DNA of 63,816 nucleotides, filler included, from Rhabdomonas costata (GCA_019059605.1; 42 parts of 42 records of this genome joined end to end with filler, not necessarily neighbours in it), one strand, 5' to 3'. Counted from the first letter of the whole stretch, positions 10,826-25,189 are shown. Program-made: numbers and translations. The notes: generated from the sequence alone by a model not told the origin.

Positions 10826-13800
10826 ATGTCTGATTCCTGGTTGCCCGAGGTTCCCGTAACAGTATCACAACCGGACAAAGTTGTAGAGGTGGGTTTGTTA
10901 ACTGAAATCACCCAAAGTAGATCCGGAGACCCGACTCTAACATCAAGTGGCAGAGGATTTTATTTCGACCCGCGCAACCTCCCCCAGGAACACCGATCCA
11001 GCCCCCCCTTCCTTTTTTTTTTGGCCCACCTCAGGAAATGTACTGCTAAATCCAAAATAAGAACGCACAGTACACCCAGGTTTTTTGAATAGAAACGAAC
11101 AACAATGAGAGGTAACGAACCTGCAAGCGCCGCAACCGCACGAATTCACACCCGCCCTACTGGGTTAACGGAAATGAGCGGGTAAAAACCCAGAGTAAAT
11201 TCGGAATACCGGAATCCCCAGAACGTCCCGCACGCCACCAGTGCGCTGGGTTTTGGGCCTGGTAATCTATTCGGTCGCGTCCAAAATCCTATGCGTTGCT
11301 TGCCCGACCGCCACCCTACGGATCCCATCCGGTTCTTTGCGTTCCTTTGCGTTCTGTTTTTGTGCCCTTCAAATGGAAATAATGGAAAGCGGGTTCTTTT
11401 GACGCAATCGTCCGCACGAGCCCATGCTTCCAAGGTATTGTTAGGATTCGTTCTTCAAGCCCGCATCCCAGAAAGCGGGGGAAAAGCTACCGCCCACCGA
11501 GCCCGAGCCAGGTCGGGCGGAGAGCCTGGACGGTTCCTTCACCGATGGCTTCGTGGACGTGCCTTTGGCGAAGAAATTCTTCCAGATGCTTTCGCCGCAA
11601 GATGGGACCGGAAGAATAGTCCCCGATAGCCCAATAGACCCATTTATCAGGGCTGAAACCTGGGCTGCATGGGGTGCTTGTGGTGCTTGTGTTGTTCATC
11701 TTGCCCAGTTTGAAGCGCTTGTGGTTGTTGGGCCCGGGCTAGCTCGTTCCAGCATGTTCAGGCCCGTGCCGCAGACACTCCGCAACCAGCGATTGGAATC
11801 CCAAAGAGCGCGCACCACCTAACCTCGGCAAAGCTGTCAGAATATTGGGGGATTTTATTTCACTTTCGATTTTTCGCTAAGGCATTATTATTCTCTCGTT
11901 CCGTCTGGTGTGTTCCATCCCCGATGTTTTCAACAAGACCCGAACCTTTACGTTGACGTTCTTACTCTCTTCCTTGCGCTGCAAAAAATGCCACCATCAC
12001 AAGAACTGGCTTGCATATACTGGAGGCCAGAATGGGAAACTGCGCACGGAGCGAAAACGCTGGGAACACGAGTAAGTCAGGGCACGGGTGGTGGCCACAA
12101 CAATGTCCCTGGGTAAAAGTGACGGAAAAAANNNNNNNNNNNNNNNNNNNNNNNNNNNNNNNNNNNNNNNNNNNNTTAATTAATTAANNNNNNNNNNNNN
12201 NNNNNNNNNNNNNNNNNNNNNNNNNNNNNNNCATCAGCGGTTTTCCTAAAATAAGCGAAGAAAAACGGCACAAAACATTAGCCATGAAATTGCGGCTAGG
12301 TGACAAGCAAAAGTCGAACAAAATGCTGCAACTTACCGGGACTCAACCAACAAAAAAAAGCATAGCACCTTCTGGGCGTTGATGGACGTGATGTGGAGGT
12401 GGAGCGGGGCTGGGCTGAGGACTCAGAAGCAACCGTTTTCCTAAAAGAAAAAGAAAAAGAACAAAGAAAAAAGTGAAGCAACGGACGACAACTTCAGCGG
12501 CAGAGTCATGCATACAATTCGCTTGAGATGTTCAGCCCACTCCCTTTCTTTCGTTCCAAGCAAAAAAGTAAACTCGCATTTGTTCAACACACCACCTGCG
12601 CAAGGCATGTGTTGCCGTCTTTTCCAGAGGGCTTTCGCCACATGTTCGCCACACACACAAAAACAAGCGAACACCTCCTGAGGTGTACGGGTCGTGAACG
12701 AGGGCAATCCTAAAATCTGGCGCGGCGAAGGTAAAGACCACCGGGCGAGCTGCGGGTACCGCCATTTCAACACGCACAGCTGCTGGCAGGTGTGCCAAAA
12801 AGAGTGTAATGCTGCACAAAGAGATTGACGCAAAACGGACAGGACCAGACCTTGCTTTTGCGCTATCTCCAGAGGGATACGATCTCAAAGGAACCAACCA
12901 ACCAACAGGGCGGGGTTAGCATGGTGGTGAACGGAACGAAAAACACAGAACTTCCATTTGATTTTTTATTCCCCAGAAACCACACCGACGGAAAACTTCG
13001 TCGCATGTCAGCAGAGGAGCTCAATAATTCTTTCCCTTCCCCTGGTTTATTTGACGCGACAACCAGGATACCATACATTACCATCGGGACAAAGGCAAAC
13101 CAGGCGAGAGGGTGGGGTGCCAGTTAAATTTGACATTTCACACGGTCGTGAATGATCGTAAAAAATATCCCAGAACATTCACAATTACGGAGACGCGGTT
13201 CTCCACGCAGCTCTGTGACCGTTGTGATCGCGTTGTGATCGAAAAGTGACGCATTCCTAGTCCCTGCTCCACCATTCGAACAACGAAAGCATCTGCCATT
13301 GAAAACGACCTGCACAACGCGAATCTGCCCTCCTCGCTACTCACACACCACCCATGCGAAGTTCACGAGCGCTTCTGCTCGTAACATGGAGGGTGTGGGT
13401 TTGCATGCAAGCGAATGCCGTTTGAAGTGGGGTGTGGGAGTGTCTGAAAAAACTGGCACATTGAATGCACACTGCGTAGAGAGAAGTGGGCAGAGGGATC
13501 GAGGGATGCTGAGGAAACACAGATGGAGACAGGCACAGTAGGAAAAAAAATGAAACTCTTTGGACTGAACGGCATTCTGCTGACGTTGGCACTCTACTAG
13601 CTACCATGGCGCACTCCCATTCACAAAATAAAAATTCGCCACAAACCGACCCAACCACCNNNNNNNNNNNNNNNNNNNNNNNNNNNNNNNNNNNNNNNNN
13701 NNNTTAATTAATTAANNNNNNNNNNNNNNNNNNNNNNNNNNNNNNNNNNNNNNNNNNNNCACACACTGGCAACTGAACAAAAAGCGTTTGGGTCTCCACA

Positions 13801-15840
13801 GGTGCTCCTTTAGGGGGCGGGTGCTGCTGTCCGCCCACCTTCTTTGCGAGTACCTGCAACCGCTTCCACCGCCGCATTGTCAGCGCATAAGGGCCCACGG
13901 CACCCGCGAGCCTTTCACTGACCTGACCTTTGATTCCGCAGGACACCTAGGACACCTCCTCGCCACAACTCTTTCTCACCCTCGGTTCCCCCGTGTTGAG
14001 TTGCAGCCACGAGGCGCGCCGATTCTCCGCTTCAAATATACAACCCACCTATGTGAGTTCAAGAAATCTCGCTTGCCTGTGAGATAAAGCAAGCCCCCAA
14101 ACCCCTGCAAAGGTGCAGCAAGCGCCTTTTGGATTTACACCACTCCAGCCCACCACTCCAGCTGCAGAGGGGATACCGCGGGCACGGCACCCGCGAAGGG
14201 CAGGGGGTACCACCGCCCGCTGATAAGGCCCACTTGTCGTTCAGCCAAATGGCTTGGACGTCGGTGCTCCATCAGGCCCTGCGTGACGTAGCCGTGGGTC
14301 AGGGTCATCAGGGTCTCACAGGCCAACGTGGCGGTCTGGCGTATCGGTAACCCGGGTTCTCGGCCATAGAACATAGAATGCCCAAAAACACGCACGCCGA
14401 ATGCATCTGAACTCGCGGGGCACCCCTAACCTGGATCGATACCTTCCGGACGGCCGTCTCGACAGAGAACCTAGTTGAGGTTTCGTAGAACTAAAGAGCG
14501 CTCTGCCTCAGAACTTTGGCTCATTTGCTCAGCAGACCCAGAAGAGCGGCATGAGAAGAATTTTGAAGGTGGTGGGGAGTATGCAGGGTTTTTACGATGA
14601 ATGAGCCCCACAACACCCTGCATCACACTCTCTCTTGCCTTCTTCTGGAGGAAGGGAGGTGCTGGAACACACACAGTTTACCGTTTTATCATATTGACGC
14701 TGCACGCTACAGGGAGGCATATTCCTTGCACCATGCCCTTCCCACGATTGACTCAACTGCAAGGCTGCTTCGGGCGCACCGTGGCACCCATCCTGAACAA
14801 ACGCTGCCGACTCTAAACGGGGAGCGCATTACTTCAGTTGACTTCAGTGGTGCTTGGGGGACGACTTTTGGCTCGAAACTTCGCCCGTCATCCAGTATAA
14901 CATGCCTCCGATAACCCCAAATCCACCGCGTCGGAGAGTTGCTAAATTGCTGGCATGTAGAGGCGGCTTGAAACTCCTGTTTGATAGGCTGACAGTGCTC
15001 CGGAATGAGCTGTCTGTCCTGCCCAGAGTTGACTCCGTGCCTTTGTCTCACTCTTATAAGTTTTGTGTGTTTCTCGACTGTGCTGGAGGTCTCTTCTCTC
15101 GAGCGATGCTGAATTCCACGCCCTCTCTGCCGCCACAGACATGCACACGCGCAGACAAGGCAACAAAACAGCAAAGGCGGGGGGGGGNNNNNNNNNNNNN
15201 NNNNNNNNNNNNNNNNNNNNNNNNNNNNNNNTTAATTAATTAANNNNNNNNNNNNNNNNNNNNNNNNNNNNNNNNNNNNNNNNNNNNGGGGTGTGGTGCA
15301 CGGTGGTGTGCGTTGGCCAGGATGGGGCAGATTTAATGGCGGAGTATGCCTGTGAGAGAGAGAAGAGAGAGAGAGAAGTGCAGCCGCGCACCGTTCTGTG
15401 GAGGGATTTTTACACTCAAGCAAATGGCCATTGGTCATTTCTAGAATAGTTACGTATCTCGATTCCGATATGAAACTGTCCGATTAATCCTGTCTTCCTG
15501 CTGTGAAAAACTCCAAACTTAACGGTATCTTTGCCTGGAGGGAGAGAATGGGGATTGTGTGCTACGGTTTTCGTTGGGGACAGATTCGCTCGGATGGGAT
15601 TGTGGAGTGGCACCAAACCATAATATGAAATTCCGGTGCGATTCCGGAAATGCGTAAAAGAATTTATTAATGAAAAGGTGAAATACAAGAATATGGGGAT
15701 AGGCCAGCTCCGCAGGTCATTGTAAATACGGCTTTCGATCGATCTTGTCCTATCGTTTCTTTTGTTGAATGGTAGGGTTTACTGAAAGATTAGATCAGTT
15801 CAGCAGGTCATTAGGAGGGCGGCTTTGGTCTGGCCTTCAG

Positions 15841-16234
15841 GTGTCTTACCCCCGGGATGTTCACTCGGCGTGTGACCGAGCTCGTTACCCTTCTGAAGTC
15901 CTGCATGGGCCAGAGCAGCTACCTCACCTTCTTCGGGGATCAACTGCTGGCGGTGTTCATGCGGCCCGAGCACTACCTCCCCGCCCTCCATGCCGTGTGC
16001 GAGCTCCGCGACAGCCCGTCCGCCGCGGCGCGGTTCCGGCTGGTCGTGGGGGCTTCCTGTGGGAAGCTCCTGGCGGACTCCATGGGGTCGCTGGAGTGGA
16101 GGGCCCTGAACGTGGTGGGGCGGCCGGTCAGGATGGCCGGCGCGCTGTGCCGGCTGTGCGTCACCGCAGAGGTGGATGTGCTGGTGGACGAGGAGATCAG
16201 GGACAAGGCCCAGTTCAGCTACCTGTTCACTCCG
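15841..16234 (+). CDS. Degenerate class III nucleotidyl cyclase domain (internal exon)
   Basis: AG/GT-bounded GC-rich exon: ...YLTFFGDQLLAVF...RLVVGASCGKLLADSMGSLEWRALNVVGRPVRMAGALCRL...DVLVDEE. Has the cyclase fold motifs but lacks the K before GD and the NxxxR motif. Confidence 0.75.
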
Positions 16235-16487
16235 GTCCTGCATGGAGTGCCCGGGAGGGGGTAGAACTTTTGTAGGGTTTGGGTCGAAGGTGTTGTAGGG
16301 GATGGTCGAGGATATGATTACTGTCGGTACTGTCGGGTCACAATTGGGGTGGCAGGTGTGTTTAGGAGCCTTGGTGAAAGAGAGCAGGTAATTGAATGAT
16401 ATATTTGGCAGTTTTGTGGGGAAAACAAGGTGGAATATGACCAGGAAACTGTTTGGACCACGGAATACCAAGGCACCCTTTTACGGG

Positions 16488-16568
16488 GAACCTCTCAAAA
16501 CCTCATGGGGTGACTATGGGGAGAACCCACAAGTGGGGGCTCGATTTGGGCTGGATAGGGCCACTTGA
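16488..16568 (+). repeat. Dispersed repeat copy (related to 25693-25785, reverse strand)
   Basis: GAACCTCTCAA...CTATGGGGAGAACCCACAAGTGGGGG...GGCTGGATAGGGCCACTTGA here versus GAACCCCTCAA...CTATGTGTGGGACCC..CAAGTGAGGG...GGCTAGATAGGGCCACTTAA on another contig. Confidence 0.6.
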
Positions 16569-18772
16569 GGGACGCCTTCTGTTTAGGACCCATGCTGGAC
16601 TGCGATCCATGGTAGGTATGGCAAAGCCAGCCCACGGCATTTTGAGGCGTCGGTTGGTTTTATGGGGGTCCGATTCCCCTGGGGTCACCTGTACAGAAAC
16701 CACCCAAACACACCANNNNNNNNNNNNNNNNNNNNNNNNNNNNNNNNNNNNNNNNNNNNTTAATTAATTAANNNNNNNNNNNNNNNNNNNNNNNNNNNNN
16801 NNNNNNNNNNNNNNNGGGGGTGTGTGTTTGGGGGGTTTGGTATTTCATCTCATCTCTTTTTGAGACTTCCCGAATGATAACTCGAGCATGTTTGGTTTTC
16901 CAAGCACATTTCTTTTTCAGGTGTGCAGGGGTTTAGAGTCATGTTCCGTCCGAGCATCCCATGATTTGCCTGATGGGAATCTCGCTAACCCGCTCATTCT
17001 CTAAAAGCCCAACAACAAAGCGGAGAGAGTGGGCCGTCTCAGCCACTTGTGCTAATAAATAATGCAAGATTTGAAGATATTACTTGCATTTTGGCGTGAC
17101 ACATCACAGCACGTGACTCAAAGCGCCTGAATCCACATGAAGAGTGACAAAAATACGGTGAATGAAACACAAGGCCTCTCATCCCCTTTTGGTCAAAATG
17201 GTGGGAAACGGCTCAAAAGAAAGAAATCCCCATGATGTCCACGTCAGCGTTGATTAACAAAAAGTGCATTTCGGATAATCGGTGTGATGGATGCTGGAAA
17301 AATCGGAATGCAAAGCCACAGTTGCTCCCTCTATTTTATTCAACGGTCCTGCTTCCTGCTTCGGAAACCTGCTGAACGAGGGAGTAGAATGCCAAATCTG
17401 AGGATCGACCGACAGCAAACATTGCGGACGGCTTGGTGGGGTGGGACCACCCTTCGGGACCGTCCTATAGGGGAAGCACTGTTCAGCCTTGGACAATTGT
17501 GGAATGCACACAACGCGTGAAAAACGGCATCCCATATCTCCCACTTTTTCAGTATAAGAGTACAACGCAATGGAGGGCCCCCCCAAAAAGCTGCAACAAG
17601 CCACGGCAGCTCACCTTACAAAAGGCCACCACAGATGCAGGGAATCACAAACGCATCCACAGCTCAGTATGGCCTTCTCCAGCCCTCTCCTGCCTTCTTT
17701 CCGTGAAGGCGGGACGAAGTTCCCCGACGAGATTCGGCCTTTCCCCGTTTCACAGTTGCCACTTCAGCGCTATGCTACGCGTGCTCTTCGGGACGTCCGA
17801 TTACCGCAGAGAAGTCCACCCACCGACAGCGTTTTCAGGCGCGGGGTATTATGGAATGTGCTCAGCGCACGGGTCTTCCCCGCTGGCTGGCCTGGAAGAG
17901 TAAGCAAAGGAGAGGGCGGGTAAAGCGGTAACCCAGCAGCATTCACGCACGCACTCCCCCACTCTACTCGTAGAGTGCCTCCCGAAAAAGTTAAAAGATG
18001 CAAAGGGTTCAGGCAAGCAATTGACTGGTGCAAGCTCATCAAAGCGCATCAAAAGGGGTAGAGTGGCATTGCAAGCCCTCCCCCCATCTTGGGCAGCCCA
18101 TAATCTGGAAAAAAAAAAGATCGAAAAGACAAGCGATATTGAATTCCAGTCCGACAGAGCTAAGGGAGGAAGGACGGGAAACTGGGAAGGGAGAGACCTA
18201 AAGTGAAACATTCCGGTGGGTGTAAAACAACGAACCCCCAAAACCNNNNNNNNNNNNNNNNNNNNNNNNNNNNNNNNNNNNNNNNNNNNTTAATTAATTA
18301 ANNNNNNNNNNNNNNNNNNNNNNNNNNNNNNNNNNNNNNNNNNNNAGCACCATGCACAGCCAGCCATTTGCGCCCTCCCTCGCTCGAACGGCCCACGGAA
18401 ACCGCCCGCCGGCTGTTTGTAGAGACGTGAAGGGAAGGATTGGGCAACTTATCCACGTTACGTATCTCCTAATCTCCGCCGTCTCTTCCGCCGTCTGGAA
18501 TTTGGTCGGACTTTGCATGTCTGCGCACTTTTTCGTACCCCCGTGGGGCGGATGTGTGGTGTTGTCCTCTGGTGTTGGCCTTCTTTGGTTGACCCTTGTG
18601 TACCTTGTGTGCCGCTGTTATCGTGGATATCGTGAATCTTCCCCATGTGTGCCAAACGTGATGTGGTGAACTGTCCTTTGCGTTTTGGGAGACCTCCTTT
18701 CACAGAAAAGACTTTACATTCGGCTTGCTTTGGGGTGTTTCCTTTTGCATTTGTATCTGCAATTACCCACAG

Positions 18773-19704
18773 TGGAGGCCTTCGTCGCCCTTGGAGGTGA
18801 GCCCGACCGGACAGGATCCGTGCCTGTGGAGCGAGTCCTGGGCCTGGTCTCAGCCCCACCTAGCTGGTTTCCCGCCGCAGCGGACCTCCGCGCGGCGGCG
18901 GAGCAGGCGTGCCTCACCTCAGGCCACCCCAACCAGGGACTGAGCTTCTCGGAGTTCTCCGCCCTTCTTGAGCCGTTGCTTCCGCAGAGCGTCGACTCCG
19001 CCGGGGGGCGGTCCCATGGTATGCGATGAACTCTCGCACACCACACGCGGCTTTCACAGCAGTCCTCCAACAGCTCTGTATCCCTTTTAGCATTATAAAA
19101 CATCAAAACGACTGTATTTTCCTCTGTAAAATTTCGTATTGGAGGAGTATTAGAAGAATACTAAAAAAAAGGGCAGCTCTATCACACCTGGGCGAGAGCA
19201 TTGATTGGGCAAAATACAAGGCTGACTCCTTCACGTCTCGCGCATTGGGAAAATCGTCCACTGATGGCGATTCTCGGGCCATGTCCCCACCCACCCGCAC
19301 GTCCATAGCCTATCTATGCATCGTCCTAATCCCTTGCCAGGCAGTTACCAAAGTCGCTTTAACCGTACATCCCTCTCTAACACTGACTTAACAATACAAA
19401 GGCAAACCACCAATGTTCTTTGCTAGAGGCGTAGGGAGGGCTGTGTGGATAGCTGGAGTCCTCACTCCGGCTATGTGTGTGTGCTGGTGTTTTGGACAGC
19501 GGGAGTATATCCAAAAGTTAAAAGAGGAGAACTATTGCAAAGGTCTGGAAAGCCGTGCCGGTGTGGTGCTGCGAGGTCTTCCACTGCTGTTTCCCCTCGC
19601 TCTGTGTGCATAGCTCGGACGGTGTGGACGACTCCGCCAGGACGCTCCCTCCGAAGAACACCGTCAGCAAAAGGTTCCAAGAATCCCTCACCCAGCCCTT
19701 ACCG
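18773..19704 (+). CDS. EF-hand protein, ODA-DC3-like motif (internal exons)
   Basis: Exon 18773-19018 encodes VEAFVALGGEPDRTGSVPVERV...GLSFSEFSALL. Exons 19500-19542 and 19614-19704 chain in phase via GT-AG. Confidence 0.6.
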
Positions 19705-19997
19705 GTATGCAGAACTCTCCTCCCAAGGAGACTGTCCTTTCTGCGTCCTCACCTTCCCCCCCAAACACACCCCNNNNNNNNNNNNNNNNNNNNNNNNNNN
19801 NNNNNNNNNNNNNNNNNTTAATTAATTAANNNNNNNNNNNNNNNNNNNNNNNNNNNNNNNNNNNNNNNNNNNNCTAGGAACGAGTCTAATCCTGTGGTTG
19901 GTTAAGAAGCTGTATTTTTGCTTGTTTGAATGTGGGTGTAACGTTTCCCTTTTGCAATTGATCGAGTACGACCTGGCGGAGGGGTGGGGGATCGAAG

Positions 19998-20363
19998 GTT
20001 TTTGAGGCTGAGCTCGACAAGCTGCTGAAGGACTATTTGGCCGGCGAGCAGTCCACACCCGCAAAAAGAGCCAAAATTGAGAATGCTCAGGTGCGAAATC
20101 GGCGGCGTGACCATTTCCTCTTGACTGTCACTTGCTCTTTCCTCGCACACTGTGGCGTTTTAGAGGGAGGTTAGAGGGAGGCGCTGCTTTTGCGTGTTGT
20201 GGGGTCCAAGGCGCTTGTCGAGAATGTCGCAGTGAACCAGGAGCTGACGTGCAAGGAGCGGGGCTTTTTGGCGCTTCCTCGAGAACTGACGGAGCTACCG
20301 AAGGAGGCCACAGAGGACCCTATGGCAGCCTTCATGAAGCACTGGGTGGGGCTGTTTGTGAAG
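19998..20363 (+). CDS. Hypothetical protein (2 internal exons)
   Basis: Phase-0 exons 19998-20090 (VFEAELDKLLKDYLAGEQSTPAKRAKIENAQ, with an NLS-like PAKRAK) and 20211-20363, separated by a GT-AG intron. Confidence 0.55.
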
Positions 20364-21637
20364 GTAGTGCGTTTTGAAGGTACGTGTGCCATCGTTCTCG
20401 TTCGCGATTTGCAAAGTGATGGATAAACATTACTCCGTCCTGTCCACGGCATCCTTCCGGAGGGGTCAAAAAACGTTCTGTTTTAGGGAATCCTGGCGTT
20501 GTCTACGGCTCCCTTGCCGACCTCAAGGTGCGCTGAGCTGTGCTGTGTTCCGTGCGTTTCGGTGATGTGCGTGGGGGTCACACAAAAAAGGGTGAGTTTT
20601 ATGACTGCACACGAAGCCTTTGCACACAAACACTACATGGTGGGTACGAACGCAACCCCACTGACACCCACACTGTGTCGTTGTCGTTCACTGAGGAAAT
20701 GTGGAACTTCCCCATTTCGTTTGCAGCACAATTAGGAATGTGTGACGAGCTCACCAGGCAGATCATGTGTTGATGGAGGTTGTGAAGCCTGAATGCAATG
20801 TGACAACTATTAATTGAAGAGTAGCTGCTGATTGGTGCTGTGTGTGTGGTCTCGTCAAAGGTGATCCATCAATTTATTGTGGAAGGAGCGCCATTAGTTG
20901 GGTCATCCTTTTTTCCTTCACATGTTGACACCCACATACAGGCGTCTTGCACTGACCAATAAAAAACAGTGTTGCGCCAATGATTATATGTGAAAAAGAG
21001 GGCAATGAGTGCTGCTTGCAGATCGCTGCAAGCCTTGCATTTGCGCATGACGATCATTTTGCATCGCCAGCATAACCGCCAGCGTTTTTTGCTGCTCTTC
21101 TTGCACAGCGTGGTGAGAAGCCCTCCAGTGTGGACTCCTGCACCCGGTCTGGTGGGTTCGGGTGGTTCGGTCTGCCCCGTGCAGGGGTGTGCCTCAACGG
21201 TGTGCTTGGAGGAGAAGGAGATGCGGAGGAAGTTTTTCTTTTCGGTGTTGCCCACCTGTTTCTGGGAAGTGGAAATTGTCAATTCCGCTGCCACCAAAAA
21301 ANNNNNNNNNNNNNNNNNNNNNNNNNNNNNNNNNNNNNNNNNNNNTTAATTAATTAANNNNNNNNNNNNNNNNNNNNNNNNNNNNNNNNNNNNNNNNNNN
21401 NTTTTTTGTCGCTTTCATCGTGCTACTTTGAATTGGTACTGCTGAAAACGGGGTTGGACAATTATTTAGTGGGGACGACGTTCTGACGAGGCATGATGAT
21501 CTACCAACATGCATTCCTCACCATTTAATTTACAGCTGAAAAGGGAAGAAGGACAAAGGAAAGGCAAATGACAGTTGGGCTTCTCACTCGTACAATGTGA
21601 TGCGTTCAATTGGGCAAGGGTGCTCTCTGTTTCTCAG

Positions 21638-22762
21638 CTACCGCGGAGACTGGAAAAAGGGCGAATTCAATGGCCGTGGGGTTCTCCTCGCTTTCGACCG
21701 GGAGGGGCGCCAGTGTGAATATAACGGGCAGTGGGAAGCACATCTGCGTCACGGCACTGGAACCTATACGTGCCCCATGTTCACCTACGAGGGGGCCTGG
21801 TTCAAGGGCTTCATGCATGGCCACGGCACGTACACGGACAATGGGGTATTTCTGCGGATTTTTGTTTGCATTTTGTTTGTTTGTCAATTGTGACCACCAG
21901 ACTGCACGATGAGCCCTCTTCAACGTTTTTGCAATGCGCCCGATCTCTTTTTGTTTAAACTTCTCTTTCTTTTTTTTTGTTGAGTGAACTGCGGGGCAAG
22001 AAACAAACATTTTGTTTTCAGATGCCATGTGAAAGAAAGTTTGGAGTTCCATTTTCCGTCGAAATCCTCTCTGAATTACACATTCCGGCACTGGTGAGTC
22101 AGTACCTCGTAACCAGCGCGCTCCTGTATGGTTTCGATTCAGACTTGTCATGTTCGTGCTTCAGGGAAACCGATACAAAGGGCAGTGGGAGTGGGACCGG
22201 CAGCATGGCCGTGGGGTTTTCGAAGGAGCCGATGGCAGCCGCTATGACGGCGAGTGGAGCGAGGGACTGAGGCAAGGGTGTGAAGCGGTCGCACCTTATT
22301 CGGAAAACCTTTTCCAATTCTTGCTGTTTTTGGTCGTGCCCCTGGGCGCCGGAGTTTGGAGTCCAGACGGGTCATCTTGTCAAAATTATTTGTTGCTTCC
22401 AAGAACACATGGACCTCACTGTTGGGGTCTTGTCTTTTCCGTTTTCTCTTGACCTTGCAAAGGTAGTTGGCGGTTGGAGGGAGGGAGCCTTGCAATATTA
22501 CACGGACGGTTCAGTGGTCCTTTGTTCGATCCTCACAACAGCGGTGGAAAGGTTTGGGAAGTCTGTGGAGCTTTATCTTCTCTGTCACATCTGCTATCAC
22601 CACAGGTATGGTGTGGAGGTCACGCCCCATGGGGACCATTATGAAGGAGAGTGGGCGGAGGACCTGCGCCACGGAAAGGGCAGGATGCTGTTCAGCGATG
22701 GCTCTTCGTATCACGGGGACTGGAGCAAGGGGCTGATGCACGGAAGTGGAGTTTCCACTGCG
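21638..22762 (+). CDS. MORN-repeat protein (3 internal exons)
   Basis: Exons 21638-21845, 22165-22277 and 22606-22762 splice in frame and give about 7 YxGxWxxGxxHGxG repeats. Confidence 0.92.
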
Positions 22763-24010
22763 GTGTGCCTCTTGCCTCTTGCTCTTGTGGAATTGCGCGT
22801 GGGACGGTTTTGCGGGTCAGGTCCACCACNNNNNNNNNNNNNNNNNNNNNNNNNNNNNNNNNNNNNNNNNNNNTTAATTAATTAANNNNNNNNNNNNNNN
22901 NNNNNNNNNNNNNNNNNNNNNNNNNNNNNAAGGGAGGTGAGGTGCACCACAGAAAATTCTAATGAGGGCTGAAAGGGCAGGGAAAAGCAGCAAGAGACTG
23001 GCGCTAACTTCAGTTTCCCCTTCCCATCATTTCGTTCCTCCTTGTACTGTTGTTTGCTGCCGATCTCCTGAACTCCGGTGATGACTTTCGTGGAAATTGG
23101 CACCAAAAAACAACTTGAAATAAAATGAAAAATACGACACCACCCCATCCTTGATTGAGAATTCAGAAAATAGAGAATAAAATAAAGAAATCTTCTACCT
23201 TTGGTGTAATTTATGGGACGCTAGCTCAGCACTGGCGAGAACAAAGATGAAGAGCTAATTTTGTTGTTCCAAGTGTCGAAAAGGACGTTCCATAGCAAAT
23301 GCCATCGTCGTTTTTCGTCGTCTTTGTCGTCTTTGTCGTCGCTTTGAATTGCGGTAGCAAACGCCATCACGATTTTGACTCGCACAAGAGCCGTTGTTGA
23401 GGGAAAAGGAAATCCTATTGACGCTTGTGTGTAATGCGGTTTTTCGATGTTCTTTGATACACCCGTCTTGCGCTTCAAGTTCACTGCAAAGTCTTGTGAA
23501 TCCTTCTGATGGCATTCTGCTCTTGGGGGCAAGCTGACATTTAATGCTCTACAACGTTGACTGACAACTGCCGTTTCTCAAACTTCAGCTCACAGAAGTT
23601 CTCTTTTGCAAACTACCCCGGTTTACCCTGGGTTACCCCGGAGGTACGCCCGCTGAAAGAGCAGTCTGCCTCACTCACCCCTCCCTCGTGCCCCAAACAC
23701 CACTCATTTCTTTGCACATTCACTCAGTGTTAATCTTCGAATTTAGTTTTGGGTTCTTTTCCCCCTTCTTTTCCTTTCTCGTCCCGCTCTTATCCCCGGC
23801 TTTCTCACTCTTGCCCGCTCTTTAGAAGAATCCTATCGACATTTGTTGTCAGTGTCTCTTTCGGTTAAACTCCAAGTCCAGAAGCCCAAATTTTTGTTGA
23901 CCTGCTACATCGTGTTGTTCATCGCAGGTGTTTTGTTTATGTTTTCCCCCGCAATGACTCAGTCAGCTCTGGGCTGTTACAGACTGCATTGTCAGAACAC
24001 CCGAGCGCCC

Positions 24011-24157
24011 ATGAATGCCAAAGTTGCCGCCTGGCTGCGCAAGCTGTCAGGCTCTGACGAAGCCGTTGACACCCTCAACCTCTCCCACTTTCAGCTGAAC
24101 AAAGGGGAGCTGGCCGCCCTTTTGGAGACCTTGCGCTCCCCAGCGCTTTCCCAGAAG
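24011..24157 (+). CDS. Probable first exon of a leucine-rich-repeat protein
   Basis: MNAKVAAWLRKLSGSDEAVDTLNLSHFQLNKGELAALLETL... (LxLxxxxL pattern), ending at AAG/GT, with a long pyrimidine tract upstream. Confidence 0.45.
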
Positions 24158-24519
24158 GTGGACCGACGCATTGCGTTTCTAACCCCCCAACTCCTGCATC
24201 TGTCGTGATCGCCCTTCCTTCTCTGCTGAAGGTCCAGACATTTCCCACAATTTTCGCACGTTTGTAAATTCTCTTGGTTCGGGTATCTCTCTAGAGATCG
24301 AAGAAGCCCTTCATCTTTGATGACCTTTTTACAGTACAAAAACCTTCAGCGAAAGTTNNNNNNNNNNNNNNNNNNNNNNNNNNNNNNNNNNNNNNNNNNN
24401 NTTAATTAATTAANNNNNNNNNNNNNNNNNNNNNNNNNNNNNNNNNNNNNNNNNNNNTTTTTTTTTTCCTGATGATGCATCTTCTTTTCTTTGGATTGTT
24501 ATCTTTATTTCTCTGTCAG

Positions 24520-25189
24520 ATTCAAGAAATTGCCCTTGCCCCGGCAAAGGAGATTCGCCAGCTCCTGTCAAAGATGTTCCAAGCAGGGTACATACAGATG
24601 CAGGTTTGACTTCGTTTCTCACTGGAAAGTGGAAACTCTCTTGGGGGTGGCACAGGTCTCTGGTGGTGGCCTGTTAAGGTTGTCGTCATCATCTCTGGTG
24701 CACACCATAGCGCTTTAGTTGCTTTCGGCCGCATTCATCGCACTCGTAATGGCCATCCACTGCCTCGCCAGCATGCCATCTTGGTCAGTGCACGGGCGCG
24801 CGCAAACGTGCATCTCAGTGCTGGGCCAATCTCGTTTGCCATTGTTATGATGAGGCTCCTCTGGCTTTTGGGTCATTTTATATAAGGCTACTTTGCCCGT
24901 TATCCACCACCAGGAAGTTCCCCGCACCACCGAGCGCAAGCCTGGGGACAGCTTCTTTCTTTGGAGCCTAGACTTGACCAAGCTGTACTCCCTTGTCTTG
25001 GAAGTGGTGTACAAGACGATTGCGAACCTTCGTGCGAGGCTGCGCGCGGAGAGGGCCGCGATGGCTGCCGTGCCCTGCGACGACCGCAGCCGTCCCCAGA
25101 GAGAGGCCTGCCTGGCTGCTGCGGAGGAGAGGCTCGGTCTCAGCATCCTCGAGCTGGACGGGCTTGCAATGACGTTGCACAGCTTCTGA
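24520..25189 (+). CDS. POLR3C: RNA polymerase III subunit RPC3 (C62/C82), last two exons
   Basis: Exon 24520-24603 IQEIALAPAKEIRQLLSKMFQAGYIQMQ plus exon 24914-25189 EVPRTTERKPGDSFFLW...YKTIANLRARL...LDGLAMTLHSF*. Matches the RPC3 PAKE..QEVPRT..YKxIANL motifs. Confidence 0.88.
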